This document shows positions 1 to 10,564 of a stretch of 44,555 nucleotides of DNA, piece by piece. Source of the DNA: a virus (Duplodnaviria > Heunggongvirae > Uroviricota > Caudoviricetes). Each line of letters starts with the position of its first letter. The first letter of the stretch is position 1. The notes beneath the pieces were generated by a model. The model was not told the DNA's origin, made no database searches, and saw only the letters and a program-made list of their open reading frames with translations. Position numbers and translations under genes: made by a program. The stretch is from IMG/VR virus record IMGVR_UViG_2734482571_000013; one strand, written 5' to 3'.

Positions 1-1236
1 CTACGATAACCGCGCATTCAACATGGCTACCTGTTCGTCGTTCATGTCATCAATCCACATACCGTAAATTTCATACACCATCTGCGCAGTTTCATGCCCC
101 ATCTGGCTGGCTATAAACGCCGGGTTCGCTCCTGCCGTCAACAGCCAGCAGGCAAAAGTATGCCGCGTATGGTACGGATTACGGCGGCGAATACCAGCAC
201 GTTTTACTGCTGCATTCCATCTCGCACCCAAACTGCTTACCGAGTAATAAGGTTTCTGTTTTCCGTTACACACTCTGGGCATGAAAACAAAATGCAGTTT
301 TTGCTTTTCGGTTCTGCCGTACTCCCGATGATAAAAAGTGATTTCGCTTTTGCGATGATGCCCGGTCAGTTTGTATTGCTCCTTCAGTGCTTCAAGAGCA
401 GGCTGCAGTAGTGTTACCGTCCGGATCCCCGCATTTGTTTTTGGGGGACCGAACATATCCAGTATCGTCAGGTTTCTTCTGACATTCACAACTCCCTTCT
501 CGAAATCCACATCCTCCCACGCCAGAGCAGCCAGTTCCCCGTGACGAAGCCCGGAGTATACGGCAAATTTCCACAAGTTCTGGCTCTGTCCTTTTTCACT
601 TTCCATTAATGCATTGAATTCTGTTTTAGATAACGGGTCAGGCTTTATTCTGTTTCTCTGTAATTTCTTTACTCCTTCAAATGGTTTGGTTGATATAAAT
701 CCCGACTGATACGCAAAACGTAACAACGAACAGAGCAGGGCGATATAGTTATCAACTGTGCGCACGGTTCTTCCTTTTTTGTTGGATCTTGGATTATCCA
801 GGTAAAGCGTTTCTCCATGCAGCAGTTCATTCCGGTAGTTTAAGATATCGCTATAACGAATATGCGATATCGGAGTACTCTCACAAATTATTATCCTGAG
901 TGTTTTTAATTGTGATTTCGTTTTCTTCATTGTGTTTGTTGTTAACTCTGTTTCTTTAATTTTTGTCCAGATATCACAAAGCTCCCCGAACGTTTTTATG
1001 ACCCTCGTTGTCACCATTTTTGCCCCAGTGCTGGACTGGGGAAAACGTCTTAAATACTCAAACTCACCGGAATTGATTTCATGAACTATCAACGCTCTTA
1101 AATTCCCGGCTTTTTTAATGTTACTGTTAGTAACCTCCCAGCCTTTCAATGTTTCCCGACATCGTTTTCCTCGAAACATGAACCAGATGCGAATGTATTT
1201 ACCTCGAATCTCGACACCTGTTGGTAATTTAGACAT
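1..1236 (-). CDS. intR: Tyrosine-recombinase integrase (411 aa)
   Basis: Full ORF with stop at 1-3; C-terminal catalytic region with HTRHT (His-x-x-Arg) and downstream Tyr (MVYEIYG) typical of tyrosine integrases; sits beside xis. Confidence 0.9.
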   Translation of the reverse strand: MSKLPTGVEIRGKYIRIWFMFRGKRCRETLKGWEVTNSNIKKAGNLRALIVHEINSGEFEYLRRFPQSSTGAKMVTTRVIKTFGELCDIWTKIKETELTTNTMKKTKSQLKTLRIIICESTPISHIRYSDILNYRNELLHGETLYLDNPRSNKKGRTVRTVDNYIALLCSLLRFAYQSGFISTKPFEGVKKLQRNRIKPDPLSKTEFNALMESEKGQSQNLWKFAVYSGLRHGELAALAWEDVDFEKGVVNVRRNLTILDMFGPPKTNAGIRTVTLLQPALEALKEQYKLTGHHRKSEITFYHREYGRTEKQKLHFVFMPRVCNGKQKPYYSVSSLGARWNAAVKRAGIRRRNPYHTRHTFACWLLTAGANPAFIASQMGHETAQMVYEIYGMWIDDMNDEQVAMLNARLS

Positions 1237-1237
1237 A

Positions 1238-1453
1238 TCATGAGTCTTTGATAAACTGATTTATCTTTGGATAGTTATACCAGATAATCCCTCGCTTACT
1301 GTCTGGCTTCCCTAAAGGAGATACTCGTTTGAAGTGGAAGCCTTCCACCCAACAGTTCTGGCGGTATGCTTCAATTTGTCTGGCCCCCAGACCAGTGCGA
1401 AGCATCAGGCCGTATTCAACCATCCACTCTTCATTAAAGATTACTTGTGCCAT
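1238..1453 (-). CDS. Excisionase-like protein (71 aa from MAQVIF)
   Basis: Small ORF immediately upstream of int on the same strand, 1 nt from int start; GAGGTGA Shine-Dalgarno 4 nt before the ATG at 1453; listed ORF extends in frame to 1477. Confidence 0.7.
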   Translation of the reverse strand: MAQVIFNEEWMVEYGLMLRTGLGARQIEAYRQNCWVEGFHFKRVSPLGKPDSKRGIIWYNYPKINQFIKDS

Positions 1454-1552
1454 CGCATCACCTCTGGCAGGCGCCAATGTTAGACTTAAATTGACGCCCG
1501 ATGTTGATTATTAATAATCAGCTATGAAGTTTTAATTTGAATACAATGCAAT

Positions 1553-1753
1553 TCACGAGGACTGAAGTTTCTCGCAATTAAAATTTATCAGTTTTACTTT
1601 CTGCTCTCTGGAAACGCCTGCTTCTTTTTTACCTGAGAGCATTTTTTCGCATTCTGATTTCGTTAGTTTAGATTTTGAATATCTTGTCCAGTTAGTAGGA
1701 GTGCCACCTTCCTTTTCAATAGTGGCGGTAATTTTATACATGAACACCTCCAT
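1553..1753 (-). CDS. ydaC: Small hypothetical protein, Rac YdaC-like
   Basis: ORF 1553..1813; most likely start at MEVFMYK or MYK; position between xis and ralR as in Rac; start uncertain. Confidence 0.5.
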   Translation of the reverse strand: MEVFMYKITATIEKEGGTPTNWTRYSKSKLTKSECEKMLSGKKEAGVSREQKVKLINFNCEKLQSS

Positions 1754-1778
1754 TATTATTTCCAGTGGTTCGTTTATT

Positions 1779-1940
1779 TCATCGTTCGAGTGCTTCTTTT
1801 TCACTTCCACCATAACCGGTTCGGGATTCGCATCCGTTACACTTCGCTCGGTAATATCCTGAAATGGCTTTCACCGTTACTGATGGACAACCACAAAATG
1901 GACATGGTTTAACATTGTCATATCTCATAATTTTTCTCAT
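1779..1940 (-). CDS. ralR: Restriction alleviation protein Lar/RalR-like, Cys-rich (53 aa)
   Basis: Hand-translated minus-strand ORF MRKIMRYDNVKPCPFCGCPSVTVKAISGYYRAKCNGCESRTGYGGSEKEALER; CxxC...CxxC zinc-finger-like pattern; immediately downstream of recT; below the 60-aa ORF-track cutoff. Confidence 0.6.
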   Translation of the reverse strand: MRKIMRYDNVKPCPFCGCPSVTVKAISGYYRAKCNGCESRTGYGGSEKEALER

Positions 1941-1983
1941 AAAAATATTTCAAGTTGGCGGTGCATTACACCGCCAGGCTGAA

Positions 1984-2793
1984 TTATTCCTCTGAATTAT
2001 CGATTACACTGTATTCCCCGGTTAATACAGAGGAATCTGCAGGATCGATTGTCAGTGGTTCCTTTTCATCCATTGATACTGCACGCTGGATCTCAATTGA
2101 TACGGGCAGATATTTGAACAGGCGACGAATAGCCGTTTTCTTTGCCATTTCTTCCCAGTGAGTTACCCACGGCCCGTTATTACCAGCTTTACTCTGGCTG
2201 CGCACCAGCTCAATCTGTTTGCGCGTCATAACTTCAAACTGAGTACCTCCGTCTTTCAGTCTTGCGACAGCATAGACGTGGGTAACAGGGGCATCTTCGT
2301 TTTCTCCTGGGCGGTGTATTAACTTTTCATCAAGGCCAAATTCGAAATTAAACTCGTCACCTTCACGGACAACACGGGCTGACAGGCTGGCGATTTGACC
2401 TGAACGGCGAGCCAGATCAATCATGCCGCGATAGCCAATGATTAGCTGAACGTTTTTTTTACCGCTCTTTTCGTTTTTATTACCAAAAGGCAGTAAATAT
2501 GCATGACCGAGGGCGCTACCGGGCTCAAGTCCGAGCTGTGAACACTGTACGATTGCACTGACAAAACTCATAGTGTCACAGTTTCCTAACGCCGGAACTT
2601 TACGAATTTCTGTGGTGGCGATACGGATCATACGTTCAGCCGTCATATGGCGTGGAAGAGCTGCTGCCAGTTGCTCTTTCATTGATGGCTGGTTAATAAA
2701 ACTAATCACGTCGTTATTTTTAATTGCTGCTGGTGCACGGTTTCCCTGAGTTTTTTGCAGATCGGCTTTTGCGATTGGTGGTTGCTTAGTCAT
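1984..2793 (-). CDS. recT: RecT single-strand annealing protein (269 aa)
   Basis: Translation from [13 protein letters not shown] matches RecT as I recall it; start overlaps recE stop by 8 nt. Confidence 0.9.
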   Translation of the reverse strand: MTKQPPIAKADLQKTQGNRAPAAIKNNDVISFINQPSMKEQLAAALPRHMTAERMIRIATTEIRKVPALGNCDTMSFVSAIVQCSQLGLEPGSALGHAYLLPFGNKNEKSGKKNVQLIIGYRGMIDLARRSGQIASLSARVVREGDEFNFEFGLDEKLIHRPGENEDAPVTHVYAVARLKDGGTQFEVMTRKQIELVRSQSKAGNNGPWVTHWEEMAKKTAIRRLFKYLPVSIEIQRAVSMDEKEPLTIDPADSSVLTGEYSVIDNSEE

Positions 2794-5386
2794 TTGCATA
2801 TTCCTTAGCCCAGCGGGGCAGTGATAACGTCTTAATAGCTGGCCATTCATCGGTATTGAGGCAGTCAGCCAGGGTTCGCAGATTGCGGTGATATTCCAGC
2901 TGACCTGCCAGTTTTGCTTCTTCGCCCATCATGAAAATTTCAACCGGATAACGTCCGCATTCAATAGTTGTGCTGGCAACCAGAAAAACGAAAGTTGGCT
3001 GCACTCCAAACTGTGCTTCATAACCGTCACTGTAGAATGCATCCTGAACGTGATAGCGGTAGTCGTAATAAGCGGTTTTGAATCGTTGAATATCCGCCGT
3101 AGTTTTCACGTCCATGATCCAGTGAAATTCAGGGATAATTTTGTCCGGACGGCACCGACACAAAATTGCTGTTTCAGGATCTTCCCAGTAAATTGATGAT
3201 TCAGCGTGTCCGGCGCTTTCAACAAGCCATTGCCCCAGCGGCAAAGCCATAACGCTCTGATACATGAGTTCAATTTTCCGGCCTTCTTCGGCAGTGATAA
3301 CCGTTTTTCCTGTGCTTGCGCATTCCCTCAGAAACGCTTTCTCTTCTTCTTTTCCGGAGTTTGTCCGGCGGTTAAATTCAGGTGCTACGATAAAGCGGTT
3401 ACTGAATTCTTCCGGCTCAAGTACCCGGCAGTGGAAAGCGGTTCCTAAATCGAGCGTTTTTGTCTTTGTGGTGTCCACGGGGGCATTTTTACGCCACAAA
3501 TACAGTGCCGGAGTATCAGCAATGTCATCGAGCTGAGACTTACTGACACCGGGACCCGCGTGGTAATTCTCATTCGAAATTCCGTAATAAATACCTGGCT
3601 CTATGTCTTCTACGATTACGGGATCTGCGACTTCGCCAGTTTCATCACTGCAATCGCGATGCGGATCGCTGCCAGCATTCTCATTGTGCGGATGTTCAGC
3701 GCCTTCCATTTCCTCCGGATCATTTTCCTTAGCTTCAACCTGACTCTCTTCATCGAATGTTTCCTGGTATGTTGCGTCGCCCATCACCGCACCACAGTCA
3801 GGGCAGTTATCCCCGCCAGTCTGGCCGCAGGCATTGCAGGCTATTTCCGGTTCCTGTTGCACTACTGGCTCAGGTTGATTCATATCCGGGCTGGTTTTTT
3901 CCGTTTCTGGCTGGTTCTGGTACACACAATCGCGAGTCTGGATCCCCTTTACCCATTTCGGATCGTTCGGGTCGCTAATTCCGTCAACAAATTCACCACG
4001 TGATGCAGCAAGCAATTTATCGGCATCGACAGGATTTTTTGATGGAATGTTTTTCCGGGCTTCATGGAGTTCTGCCCGCAGTTCCTGATATTTCGCATCA
4101 ACAGAATTTACCTGTGACTGAGCATCCAGCGGCTGCGTGTCCTGATGATGTTCAGTTGCGTCCGGTTCCATTGTTTCAGCCTCTCCCTGTTCAACTGCCG
4201 TTGTTCCAGATGGTTGCGGTTTTTCTTCATCATCCTGTTTTCCTTCTTCTGTTACTCGCTGCGGCATCGGGGCAGAGGAGCGACCGCAGGCAATATCCAC
4301 GATTTCCGGATCAGGGTTGGCATGATCGGTTTCAGTCAGTACTTTGTTCAGATATTCAGTGACGTGCGCGGGGATGACCTCGATCCCAATTGGTGCTTCT
4401 TTTACGGACGCAACCACGATGGCGCGGGAATAATCCAGCCCGCCAGGCATGGTGATGAATTTGTCGCGGAAAACAGAAAAGGGCGGTTTATTTTCAGCGA
4501 TAATTTCCTCAATGCGTTTAGCGTGTGCCGGATGAAGGTTATAGATGTCCAGATCCATTGAACGGGCCAGTACGCCAGTGGCTACGTCCCGCGCCAGTGA
4601 CGTCAGATCGTGTACGAAACCTTCGCCGCGATCGGTGAGGTTTCCGCCGCCAGCATTAGCACCGGAAGCCGTGCGAGTGATGTGTGAAACACGATTACCC
4701 TTCATCCACTCTTTTGTCAGCAGTCCTCGATCGGTGTAGTCAGCGTTCAGGTATGCTTCGAAAAAAGCAGTTATCAGTCCCAGGTTTGAATTACCAGGAT
4801 TAGGGAAAACTTTGTCAGTGTCACGAACCAGTTTGTGGAGTTCGCGAATTTCCAGCGGGTCGAGCAGGCTGGTTTTGTGGGAAACAGCCAGGGCAGTAAC
4901 AGCCGGTAGTTCTTCAGCCCGAGCAATGTGTAATGCCTGGAGTCCGTCGCGTGAAACGTGCGTTACCGGTTTTTCGCTGCCGTGTTGAGCAAGCCAACGA
5001 ATGGGCAGTTCCTGGCCAGAAATTGGGAGTAGCATATTCTCCTCAATCTCAGTCATGTCTTCGCCGTTGACGTTGGTATTGCCTTGATAGTGAGCGTTGT
5101 CTGGTGCTGCTCCCGGTTTTAGTTCCCATGTCATGGAGTCTTTGCTGAGTTGATAGCGTTCACTCCAGGTAAAATCGATCTCACCTTCAGCGGGCAGGTC
5201 ATTAACGACAGGAAAATTCGTGGCAACAGCTTTAAAATAGCTGCTCAGTTTTTTACCTGACTTAACGATCAGGTAGTCCAGAGTGGCACAGGTCGATTCA
5301 AAATCGTTGCTTGCCCACAGGACGACGTCAGGTTCACCGGATGATTTTTTCGCTTTCCGTAACAGGAAGAGTGGTTTTGTGCTCAT
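2786..5386 (-). CDS. recE: RecE exonuclease VIII (866 aa)
   Basis: 866-aa ORF, length and sequence consistent with Rac RecE; C-terminal nuclease domain; translationally coupled to recT. Confidence 0.9.
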   Translation of the reverse strand: MSTKPLFLLRKAKKSSGEPDVVLWASNDFESTCATLDYLIVKSGKKLSSYFKAVATNFPVVNDLPAEGEIDFTWSERYQLSKDSMTWELKPGAAPDNAHYQGNTNVNGEDMTEIEENMLLPISGQELPIRWLAQHGSEKPVTHVSRDGLQALHIARAEELPAVTALAVSHKTSLLDPLEIRELHKLVRDTDKVFPNPGNSNLGLITAFFEAYLNADYTDRGLLTKEWMKGNRVSHITRTASGANAGGGNLTDRGEGFVHDLTSLARDVATGVLARSMDLDIYNLHPAHAKRIEEIIAENKPPFSVFRDKFITMPGGLDYSRAIVVASVKEAPIGIEVIPAHVTEYLNKVLTETDHANPDPEIVDIACGRSSAPMPQRVTEEGKQDDEEKPQPSGTTAVEQGEAETMEPDATEHHQDTQPLDAQSQVNSVDAKYQELRAELHEARKNIPSKNPVDADKLLAASRGEFVDGISDPNDPKWVKGIQTRDCVYQNQPETEKTSPDMNQPEPVVQQEPEIACNACGQTGGDNCPDCGAVMGDATYQETFDEESQVEAKENDPEEMEGAEHPHNENAGSDPHRDCSDETGEVADPVIVEDIEPGIYYGISNENYHAGPGVSKSQLDDIADTPALYLWRKNAPVDTTKTKTLDLGTAFHCRVLEPEEFSNRFIVAPEFNRRTNSGKEEEKAFLRECASTGKTVITAEEGRKIELMYQSVMALPLGQWLVESAGHAESSIYWEDPETAILCRCRPDKIIPEFHWIMDVKTTADIQRFKTAYYDYRYHVQDAFYSDGYEAQFGVQPTFVFLVASTTIECGRYPVEIFMMGEEAKLAGQLEYHRNLRTLADCLNTDEWPAIKTLSLPRWAKEYAND

Positions 5387-5487
5387 TGTTTTTTAACCTC
5401 AACTCAGATTAAAATTCGTTTTGTTCAGTGAATGATCTTGCCGGATACACACTGTTCATAGCCTGCGCCATACGCAGGCTATTTCTT

Positions 5488-5763
5488 TCAGATTTCACCT
5501 TTTAATTTCATTGCAATTAGAGTTGCCAGAAATTCGGCTTTTTTTTCTGCGGGCAGATTCTTTCCGATATGCACCAGGCACATTTTTTTGACACCTTCAT
5601 CAAGTGTTTTTACGTTGCCTGATGGACCATCGATATCAACCACAGTGAATGGGGTTTCTTTATTTTCTGTTTTAATTACGTAGCCAATGCGCTTTCCTTC
5701 CAGATTCACCTCGTGAACAATGTCATCGGTAGTTACAACAGTGGCTTCATAATTGGTAATCAT
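5488..5763 (-). CDS. racC: RacC-like small protein (91 aa from MITNYEA)
   Basis: AAGGAG Shine-Dalgarno upstream of internal ATG at 5763; position upstream of recE as in Rac. Confidence 0.7.
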   Translation of the reverse strand: MITNYEATVVTTDDIVHEVNLEGKRIGYVIKTENKETPFTVVDIDGPSGNVKTLDEGVKKMCLVHIGKNLPAEKKAEFLATLIAMKLKGEI

Positions 5764-5837
5764 GTTTTTCTCCTTAATTAAGGTTGAGCGAATACCTGCC
5801 ATTTCTGGCATAAATTCAGTTTCGAATAGTCAATTAA

Positions 5838-6008
5838 TTAAAGTTCATGTGCCATCTGGTCTTTTTCGGCACAAGCTTCACTGCAATATTTTCTCGGTTC
5901 GTCTTTTGATAAAATCCCGTGCATGAAGTGAAGCATTCTTTCAATAGCTTTGCTTTCTTCAACGTCTTTTTTGCAAAGGTGGTAAGCACATTTTATTTTC
6001 TTAGTCAT
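5838..6008 (-). CDS. ydaE: YdaE-like Cys/His-rich small protein (56 aa)
   Basis: Hand-translated [56 protein letters not shown]; start codon shares a base with the kilR stop; below ORF-track cutoff. Confidence 0.7.
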   Translation of the reverse strand: MTKKIKCAYHLCKKDVEESKAIERMLHFMHGILSKDEPRKYCSEACAEKDQMAHEL

Positions 6009-6229
6009 CACCATGACTCCGCCTTTACAGGTAAACCATCACGACCGAGGAAGACTTTAATCATGCGGTCAGTAATGCATGTTTTTGTGGTCAGGTTACG
6101 AATATATAGTTTTCGCTTTTTAATATTGTTTGCCGAGGCAATATATGTCCGGCCTTCATGAAGAACATAATCGCCAGGAGTCACACACTGACGTGGTATT
6201 TCATCAGTTCCGAAGTGATGTGCAATCAT
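6008..6229 (-). CDS. kilR: KilR-like host-killing / division-inhibitor protein (73 aa from MIAHHF)
   Basis: Translation matches KilR as recalled; Rac gene order. Confidence 0.8.
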   Translation of the reverse strand: MIAHHFGTDEIPRQCVTPGDYVLHEGRTYIASANNIKKRKLYIRNLTTKTCITDRMIKVFLGRDGLPVKAESW

Positions 6230-6670
6230 AATTATCTCCATTTTTACAAATGAACTTTGTTGATGCGGTGCCTGGTGCCTCCAGGTGACTGCAACCAGTT
6301 AACAATTACAGTCGGCTTTCCCACCCAAACCAATAAGGACTAACATGACTTTTAACTGTGCCACGTGCGCTTAGCCGCATTCACCGCATCACAAAATTCA
6401 CTTTAAAAAGGGCGGACATCAGCCGAACTTCAAGAAAAAAACTGATGCCGCCAGGACTACACACAGCAATGTCGTTATTTACAACCGGAGGCGCACTCCC
6501 ACCATTTAAATTTAACAGACAAGACCGACTCTTTATGGATATCGGAAATGCGCCTTCGTGTTGTGCCCGGTTTTATTTCACCACCTCCGGGCTTCGGTGG
6601 TCTCGGCTATACCCCTACAGCGAGAGCTTGTGTTAACATTTCAATACCCTTACAGTTGAGAGTTATTGAT

Positions 6671-7159
6671 ATGTTGGATGTATTTACTCCATTGTTGAAA
6701 CTTTTTGCTAACGAGCCACTCGAAATACTTATGTATACGATTATCATTTTTGGTCTCACTCTCTGGCTGATACCGAAAGAGTTTACTGTCGCATTCAATG
6801 CTTATACTGAAATACCTTGGCTCTTTCAGATTATCGTTTTTGCCTTTTCTTTCGTGGTCGCCATTTCCTTCTCAAGATTGCGAGCACATATTCAAAAGCA
6901 TTATTCATTACTACCAGAGCAACGAGTATTGCTTCGTTTATCTGAGAAAGAAATCGCTGTATTTAAAGATTTCCTTAAAACAGGAAATCTTATTATCACT
7001 TCTCCTTGCCGTAACCCGGTTATGAAAAAATTAGAACGGAAGGGCATCATTCAACATCAGAGTGATAGCGCAAACTGTTCTTATTATCTCGTCACCGAAA
7101 AATACTCCCATTTTATGAAGTTATTCTGGAACAGCAGGAGTAGACGTTTTAATCGTTAG
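6671..7159 (+). CDS. sieB: SieB superinfection exclusion protein (162 aa from MLDVFTPLL), membrane protein
   Basis: Internal start MLDVFTPLLKLF with hydrophobic N-terminal helices; the upstream in-frame extension to 6548 is probably not translated. Confidence 0.75.
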   Translation: MLDVFTPLLKLFANEPLEILMYTIIIFGLTLWLIPKEFTVAFNAYTEIPWLFQIIVFAFSFVVAISFSRLRAHIQKHYSLLPEQRVLLRLSEKEIAVFKDFLKTGNLIITSPCRNPVMKKLERKGIIQHQSDSANCSYYLVTEKYSHFMKLFWNSRSRRFNR

Positions 7160-7311
7160 CTTACTGTGTGCTTCTCCAACCATCGGCGCGCACCAGTTTC
7201 GGTTTTAAATGTTTTGCTTTTGGTATACGTCATGGCAGTGAACGTTCCATCCTGGTTGGGGAACACGCCGCACACCAGGGATTCGTTGTTGCCGAGGTCG
7301 ATTTTTTGCAT
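7156..7311 (-). CDS. ydaF: Small hypothetical protein, YdaF-like (51 aa)
   Basis: Hand-translated MQKIDLGNNESLVCGVFPNQDGTFTAMTYTKSKTFKTETGARRWLEKHTVS; stop converges with sieB stop; 10 nt downstream of ydaG. Confidence 0.5.
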   Translation of the reverse strand: MQKIDLGNNESLVCGVFPNQDGTFTAMTYTKSKTFKTETGARRWLEKHTVS

Positions 7312-7321
7312 TTTGCGAATC

Positions 7322-7456
7322 TCACATCTTGTTGCTGTGTATAGCGACTTCTGCCTGCCAGAGATCCCAGTCGTTGCTGCGTAAAGCCTGCACAGCCTGG
7401 TTGTAAGTGATACCGCAACAATCCATCAAATACTGAACTACTTCGTAATGCACCAT
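7322..7456 (-). CDS. ydaG: Small hypothetical protein, YdaG-like (44 aa from MVHYEVV)
   Basis: GGGAGAG Shine-Dalgarno before internal ATG; leftward early-operon position. Confidence 0.5.
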   Translation of the reverse strand: MVHYEVVQYLMDCCGITYNQAVQALRSNDWDLWQAEVAIHSNKM

Positions 7457-7629
7457 CTTATCTCTCCCCTTAACGCCGGGTGGCGGAACTGAAACCTGCT
7501 GCACTGCAAAATCTGAACCCTGCCGTCATGTTCATACGCCTCGGGCTGGCTACTTAACCCCTGACCACTGCCTGGTAACTCGAAGTATTGCCCTGCGTTC
7601 TGTGGGGCGGGGTGGGTTGGTAGGTATAT

Positions 7630-7680
7630 AATGTACTTTGTGTTCATTGATGTAAAGTACTATAAGTACATTTTGTGTGT
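7630..7680. promoter_or_regulatory. Putative leftward operator/promoter region (OL/PL-like) with ATGTACT / AGTACAT half-sites
   Basis: Motif ATGTACT at about 7633, AAGTACT and AGTACAT around 7660-7672; same heptamer recurs twice in the repressor-cro intergenic region; lies 3' of the repressor gene where leftward early transcription would start. Confidence 0.35.
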
Positions 7681-7746
7681 AAAAAAATGAGATGGGATAA
7701 AGTGAAGCACAAACCCGGAGGGGGACGCTACCGGATTTATGCTGGT

Positions 7747-8184
7747 TTAAGAGGCTTTTTGTTTTTTCTTTCGTGCTAGCTCTTCGTAAATTGCATTGTA
7801 CTTCTGTTTTTTCTCCTCAAGAGTTTTTAAAAGTTCATCTGTCTCACTGTCAGGGAGCTCGTCCAGAAGGTCAATGATGATTTTTTGTCTTGGATTTAAC
7901 TCCTGATAGAAACGTACCTGTCCACTTTCTTCTGTATCCTCTCCCAAAAGATAGGTTGGTGTTGTTCCAATGAGTGTTGCTAATTCCCTTAATTTCTCTC
8001 GGCGAGGAATTGTTTCGCCATTAAACCATTTGCTAACCGCTTTTGGTGTTAATTTCATTCGACGGGCAATTTCTGCCTGCCTTCCATGTTGTTCATAACC
8101 AGCGTTTTCACAGGCTAGCGCAAGCCTACTGGCGAACTCTTTACGCGCTTTATCTTCATGAACCATAAGTTCAATGATATTCAC
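7747..8184 (-). CDS. Prophage repressor, XRE-family helix-turn-helix (CI/RacR-like, 145 aa)
   Basis: HTH segment QAEIARRMKLTPKAVSKWFNGETIPRREKLRELATLIG; divergent from a Cro-like gene across a 61-bp operator-containing spacer. Confidence 0.7.
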   Translation of the reverse strand: MNIIELMVHEDKARKEFASRLALACENAGYEQHGRQAEIARRMKLTPKAVSKWFNGETIPRREKLRELATLIGTTPTYLLGEDTEESGQVRFYQELNPRQKIIIDLLDELPDSETDELLKTLEEKKQKYNAIYEELARKKKQKAS

Positions 8185-8186
8185 TC

Positions 8187-8221
8187 TTGAATGTACTGTC
8201 AGTTCTGTTATAGCATGTACT
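8187..8221 (+). promoter_or_regulatory. Putative rightward promoter PR with two ATGTACT operator half-sites
   Basis: TTGAAT (8187-8192) then about 16-17 nt then TATAGC; ATGTACT at 8191-8197 and 8215-8221 overlapping the -35 and start region; upstream of Cro-like ATG 8246 with GAGGGTGA Shine-Dalgarno. Confidence 0.4.
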
Positions 8222-8245
8222 CAAAGTTCACATTGTGAGGGTGAT

Positions 8246-8500
8246 ATGAACCAGAAAACACTTGAAGATGTAATCAAAACTGTTCGCGTTTCTGTTGTGG
8301 CCGACGTTTGTGGTGTCAGCCAAAGAGCAATCTACAAATGGATGGATAACGGAAAATTGCCTCGCACAGAATATACCGGCGAAACAAATTACGCTGAAAA
8401 AATCGCTCATGCATCAAACGGATTATTTTCTGCTGATGTAATTTTAACTATTGGCAGAAATAAAACTACTACGAAAAAGCTGATGGGAGTTGATTCATGA
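8246..8500 (+). CDS. ydaS: Cro-like / YdaS-like small DNA-binding protein (84 aa from MNQKTLEDV)
   Basis: Divergent from repressor; HTH-like VADVCGVSQRAIYKWMDNGKLP; ATGA overlap with ydaT start. Confidence 0.7.
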   Translation: MNQKTLEDVIKTVRVSVVADVCGVSQRAIYKWMDNGKLPRTEYTGETNYAEKIAHASNGLFSADVILTIGRNKTTTKKLMGVDS

Positions 8501-8919
8501 AAATCAAGCATGAGCACATCGAGTCAGTGTTGTTAGCCCTGGCAGCCGAAAAAGGGCAGGCATGGGTAGCCAATGCCATTACTGAAGAATATCTGCGCCA
8601 GGGGGGCGGCGAATTGCCCCTGGTACCAGGCAAGGACTGGAATAATCAGCAGAATATCTATCACCGTTGGTTGAAAGGTGAAACGAAAACGCAAAGAGAA
8701 AAAATTCAGAAGCTGATCCCAGCAATTCTGGCAATCCTTCCGCGCGAGCTGCGTCACCGACTCTGCATCTTCGATACCCTGGAACGCCGTGCATTACTGG
8801 CGGCGCAGGAAGCGTTAAGTACGGCAATTGATGCGCATGATGATGCAGTCCAAGCCGTTTACCGGAAAGCGCATTTCAGCGGCGGCGGGTCTTCCGACGA
8901 TTCTGTCATTGTTCATTAA
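8497..8919 (+). CDS. ydaT: YdaT protein (140 aa)
   Basis: Length and sequence match Rac YdaT as recalled; translationally coupled to ydaS. Confidence 0.8.
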   Translation: MKIKHEHIESVLLALAAEKGQAWVANAITEEYLRQGGGELPLVPGKDWNNQQNIYHRWLKGETKTQREKIQKLIPAILAILPRELRHRLCIFDTLERRALLAAQEALSTAIDAHDDAVQAVYRKAHFSGGGSSDDSVIVH

Positions 8920-8931
8920 GCAAAAGTTTCC

Positions 8932-9789
8932 ATGCTGTTTGTGCTTATTCTAAGCCACCGGGCAGCATCATACGGGGCAATTATGGCCGCATTACCATAC
9001 ATGCAACTGTACATAGCTGATTACCTGGCTGACACCATGCATTTGTCAGCAGAGGAGCATGGTGCGTATTTGTTGCTGATGTTCAATTACTGGCAAACAG
9101 GAAAGCCAATACCTAAAAACAGGCTGGCAAAAATTGCCCGTCTGACTAACGAGCGATGGGCTGATGTTGAACCATCCTTGCAGGAGTTTTTTTGCGATAA
9201 CGGCGAGGAATGGGTGCATCTTCGGATTGAGGAAGATCTGGCATCAGTCAGGGAAAAATTAACCAAAAAATCAGCCGCAGGAAAAGCATCTGTTCAGGCC
9301 AGAAGAAGCAGAAAGGAAGCAGATGTTCAAACAAAACAAGAGAGAAATTTAACAGGTGTTCAAACAGATGTTGAAGTGGTGTTTGAACATGATGTCAACA
9401 CAAAGGCAACTAATAAAGATACAGATAAAGATCTAAAAACAGATCCCCCCCTAAATCCCCCCCGGGGGAATCGAGGTGTCAAAAAGTTTGACCCTCTGGA
9501 TATTGCTTTGCCGAACTGGATTTCTGTCTCGCTTTGGCGTGAGTGGGTTGAATTTCGCCAGGCATTGCGAAAACCGATTCGAACGGAGCAGGGCGCTAAC
9601 GGGGCGATACGGGAGCTGGAAAAATTCCGCCAGCAGGGTTTTTCACCTGAGCAGGTGATTCGACACAGCATCGCCAATGAATACCAGGGCTTGTTCGCGC
9701 CGAAAGGTGTTCGACCTGAGACGTTACTCCGACAGGTTAACACCGTCTCGTTACCGGATAGTGCGATCCCGCCAGGCTTCAGGGGGTAA
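8932..9789 (+). CDS. ydaU: YdaU-like replication protein (DUF1376 family, 285 aa)
   Basis: Position before a DnaC-like gene; sequence consistent with Rac YdaU; alternative start MAALPYM at 8983. Confidence 0.8.
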   Translation: MLFVLILSHRAASYGAIMAALPYMQLYIADYLADTMHLSAEEHGAYLLLMFNYWQTGKPIPKNRLAKIARLTNERWADVEPSLQEFFCDNGEEWVHLRIEEDLASVREKLTKKSAAGKASVQARRSRKEADVQTKQERNLTGVQTDVEVVFEHDVNTKATNKDTDKDLKTDPPLNPPRGNRGVKKFDPLDIALPNWISVSLWREWVEFRQALRKPIRTEQGANGAIRELEKFRQQGFSPEQVIRHSIANEYQGLFAPKGVRPETLLRQVNTVSLPDSAIPPGFRG

Positions 9790-9795
9790 CTGACC

Positions 9796-10542
9796 ATGAA
9801 AAATATTGCGACAGGCGACGTTCTTGAACGTATCCGCAGACTGGCCCCGTCACATGTAACCGCGCCATTCAAGACGGTAGCGGAGTGGCGCGAGTGGCAA
9901 CTTTCCGAAGGCCAGAAACGTTGTGAGGAGATCAACCGTCAGAATCGTCAGTTGCGGGTGGAAAAAATTCTGAATCGCTCTGGCATCCAGCCATTGCACC
10001 GCAAATGCTCGTTTTCGAATTACCAGGTGCAGAACGAAGCGCAGCGATACGCGTTGAGTCAGGCGAAATCCATCGCTGATGAACTGATGACCGGGTGTAC
10101 AAATTTTGCGTTCAGCGGAAAACCTGGTACCGGGAAGAACCACTTAGCGGCAGCTATCGGGAATCGCCTGCTGAAAGACGGTCAGACAGTGATTGTGGTT
10201 ACCGTGGCTGATGTTATGAGTGCCCTGCACGCCAGCTATGACGATGGGCAGTCAGGCGAAAAATTTTTGCGGGAACTATGCGAAGTGGATCTGCTGGTTC
10301 TTGATGAAATTGGCATTCAGCGCGAGACGAAAAACGAGCAGGTGGTGCTGCACCAGATTGTTGATCGCCGGACAGCGTCGATGCGCAGCGTGGGGATGCT
10401 GACAAACCTGAACTATGAGGCCATGAAAACATTGCTCGGCGAGCGGATTATGGATCGCATGACCATGAACGGCGGGCGATGGGTGAATTTTAACTGGGAG
10501 AGCTGGCGTCCGAATGTCGTCCAGCCAGGAATTGAGAAGTAA
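9796..10542 (+). CDS. ydaV: DnaC/IstB-like AAA+ replication helicase loader (248 aa)
   Basis: Walker [16 protein letters not shown] and Walker B LLVLDEIG motifs. Confidence 0.85.
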   Translation: MKNIATGDVLERIRRLAPSHVTAPFKTVAEWREWQLSEGQKRCEEINRQNRQLRVEKILNRSGIQPLHRKCSFSNYQVQNEAQRYALSQAKSIADELMTGCTNFAFSGKPGTGKNHLAAAIGNRLLKDGQTVIVVTVADVMSALHASYDDGQSGEKFLRELCEVDLLVLDEIGIQRETKNEQVVLHQIVDRRTASMRSVGMLTNLNYEAMKTLLGERIMDRMTMNGGRWVNFNWESWRPNVVQPGIEK

Positions 10543-10564
10543 TTTTTACCGGGAGGAAATTTTT

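Noticed and set aside
1956-1974. Perfect 7-bp inverted repeat GGCGGTG...CACCGCC between recT and ralR
   Set aside because: No adjacent U-run on the transcribed strand, so not a clear terminator; may be an RNA processing or attenuation site but evidence is too thin
3206-4739. Several plus-strand ORFs of 60-147 aa
   Set aside because: All antisense to recE, with low-complexity translations; no ribosome-binding sites noted
8497-8919. ydaS/ydaT as a toxin-antitoxin pair
   Set aside because: Their position is that of cro/cII-type early regulators directly downstream of PR; the sequence alone does not support calling them a toxin system
9360-9935. 191-aa minus-strand ORF
   Set aside because: Antisense to ydaU/ydaV, Ser/Arg-rich translation typical of a spurious frame
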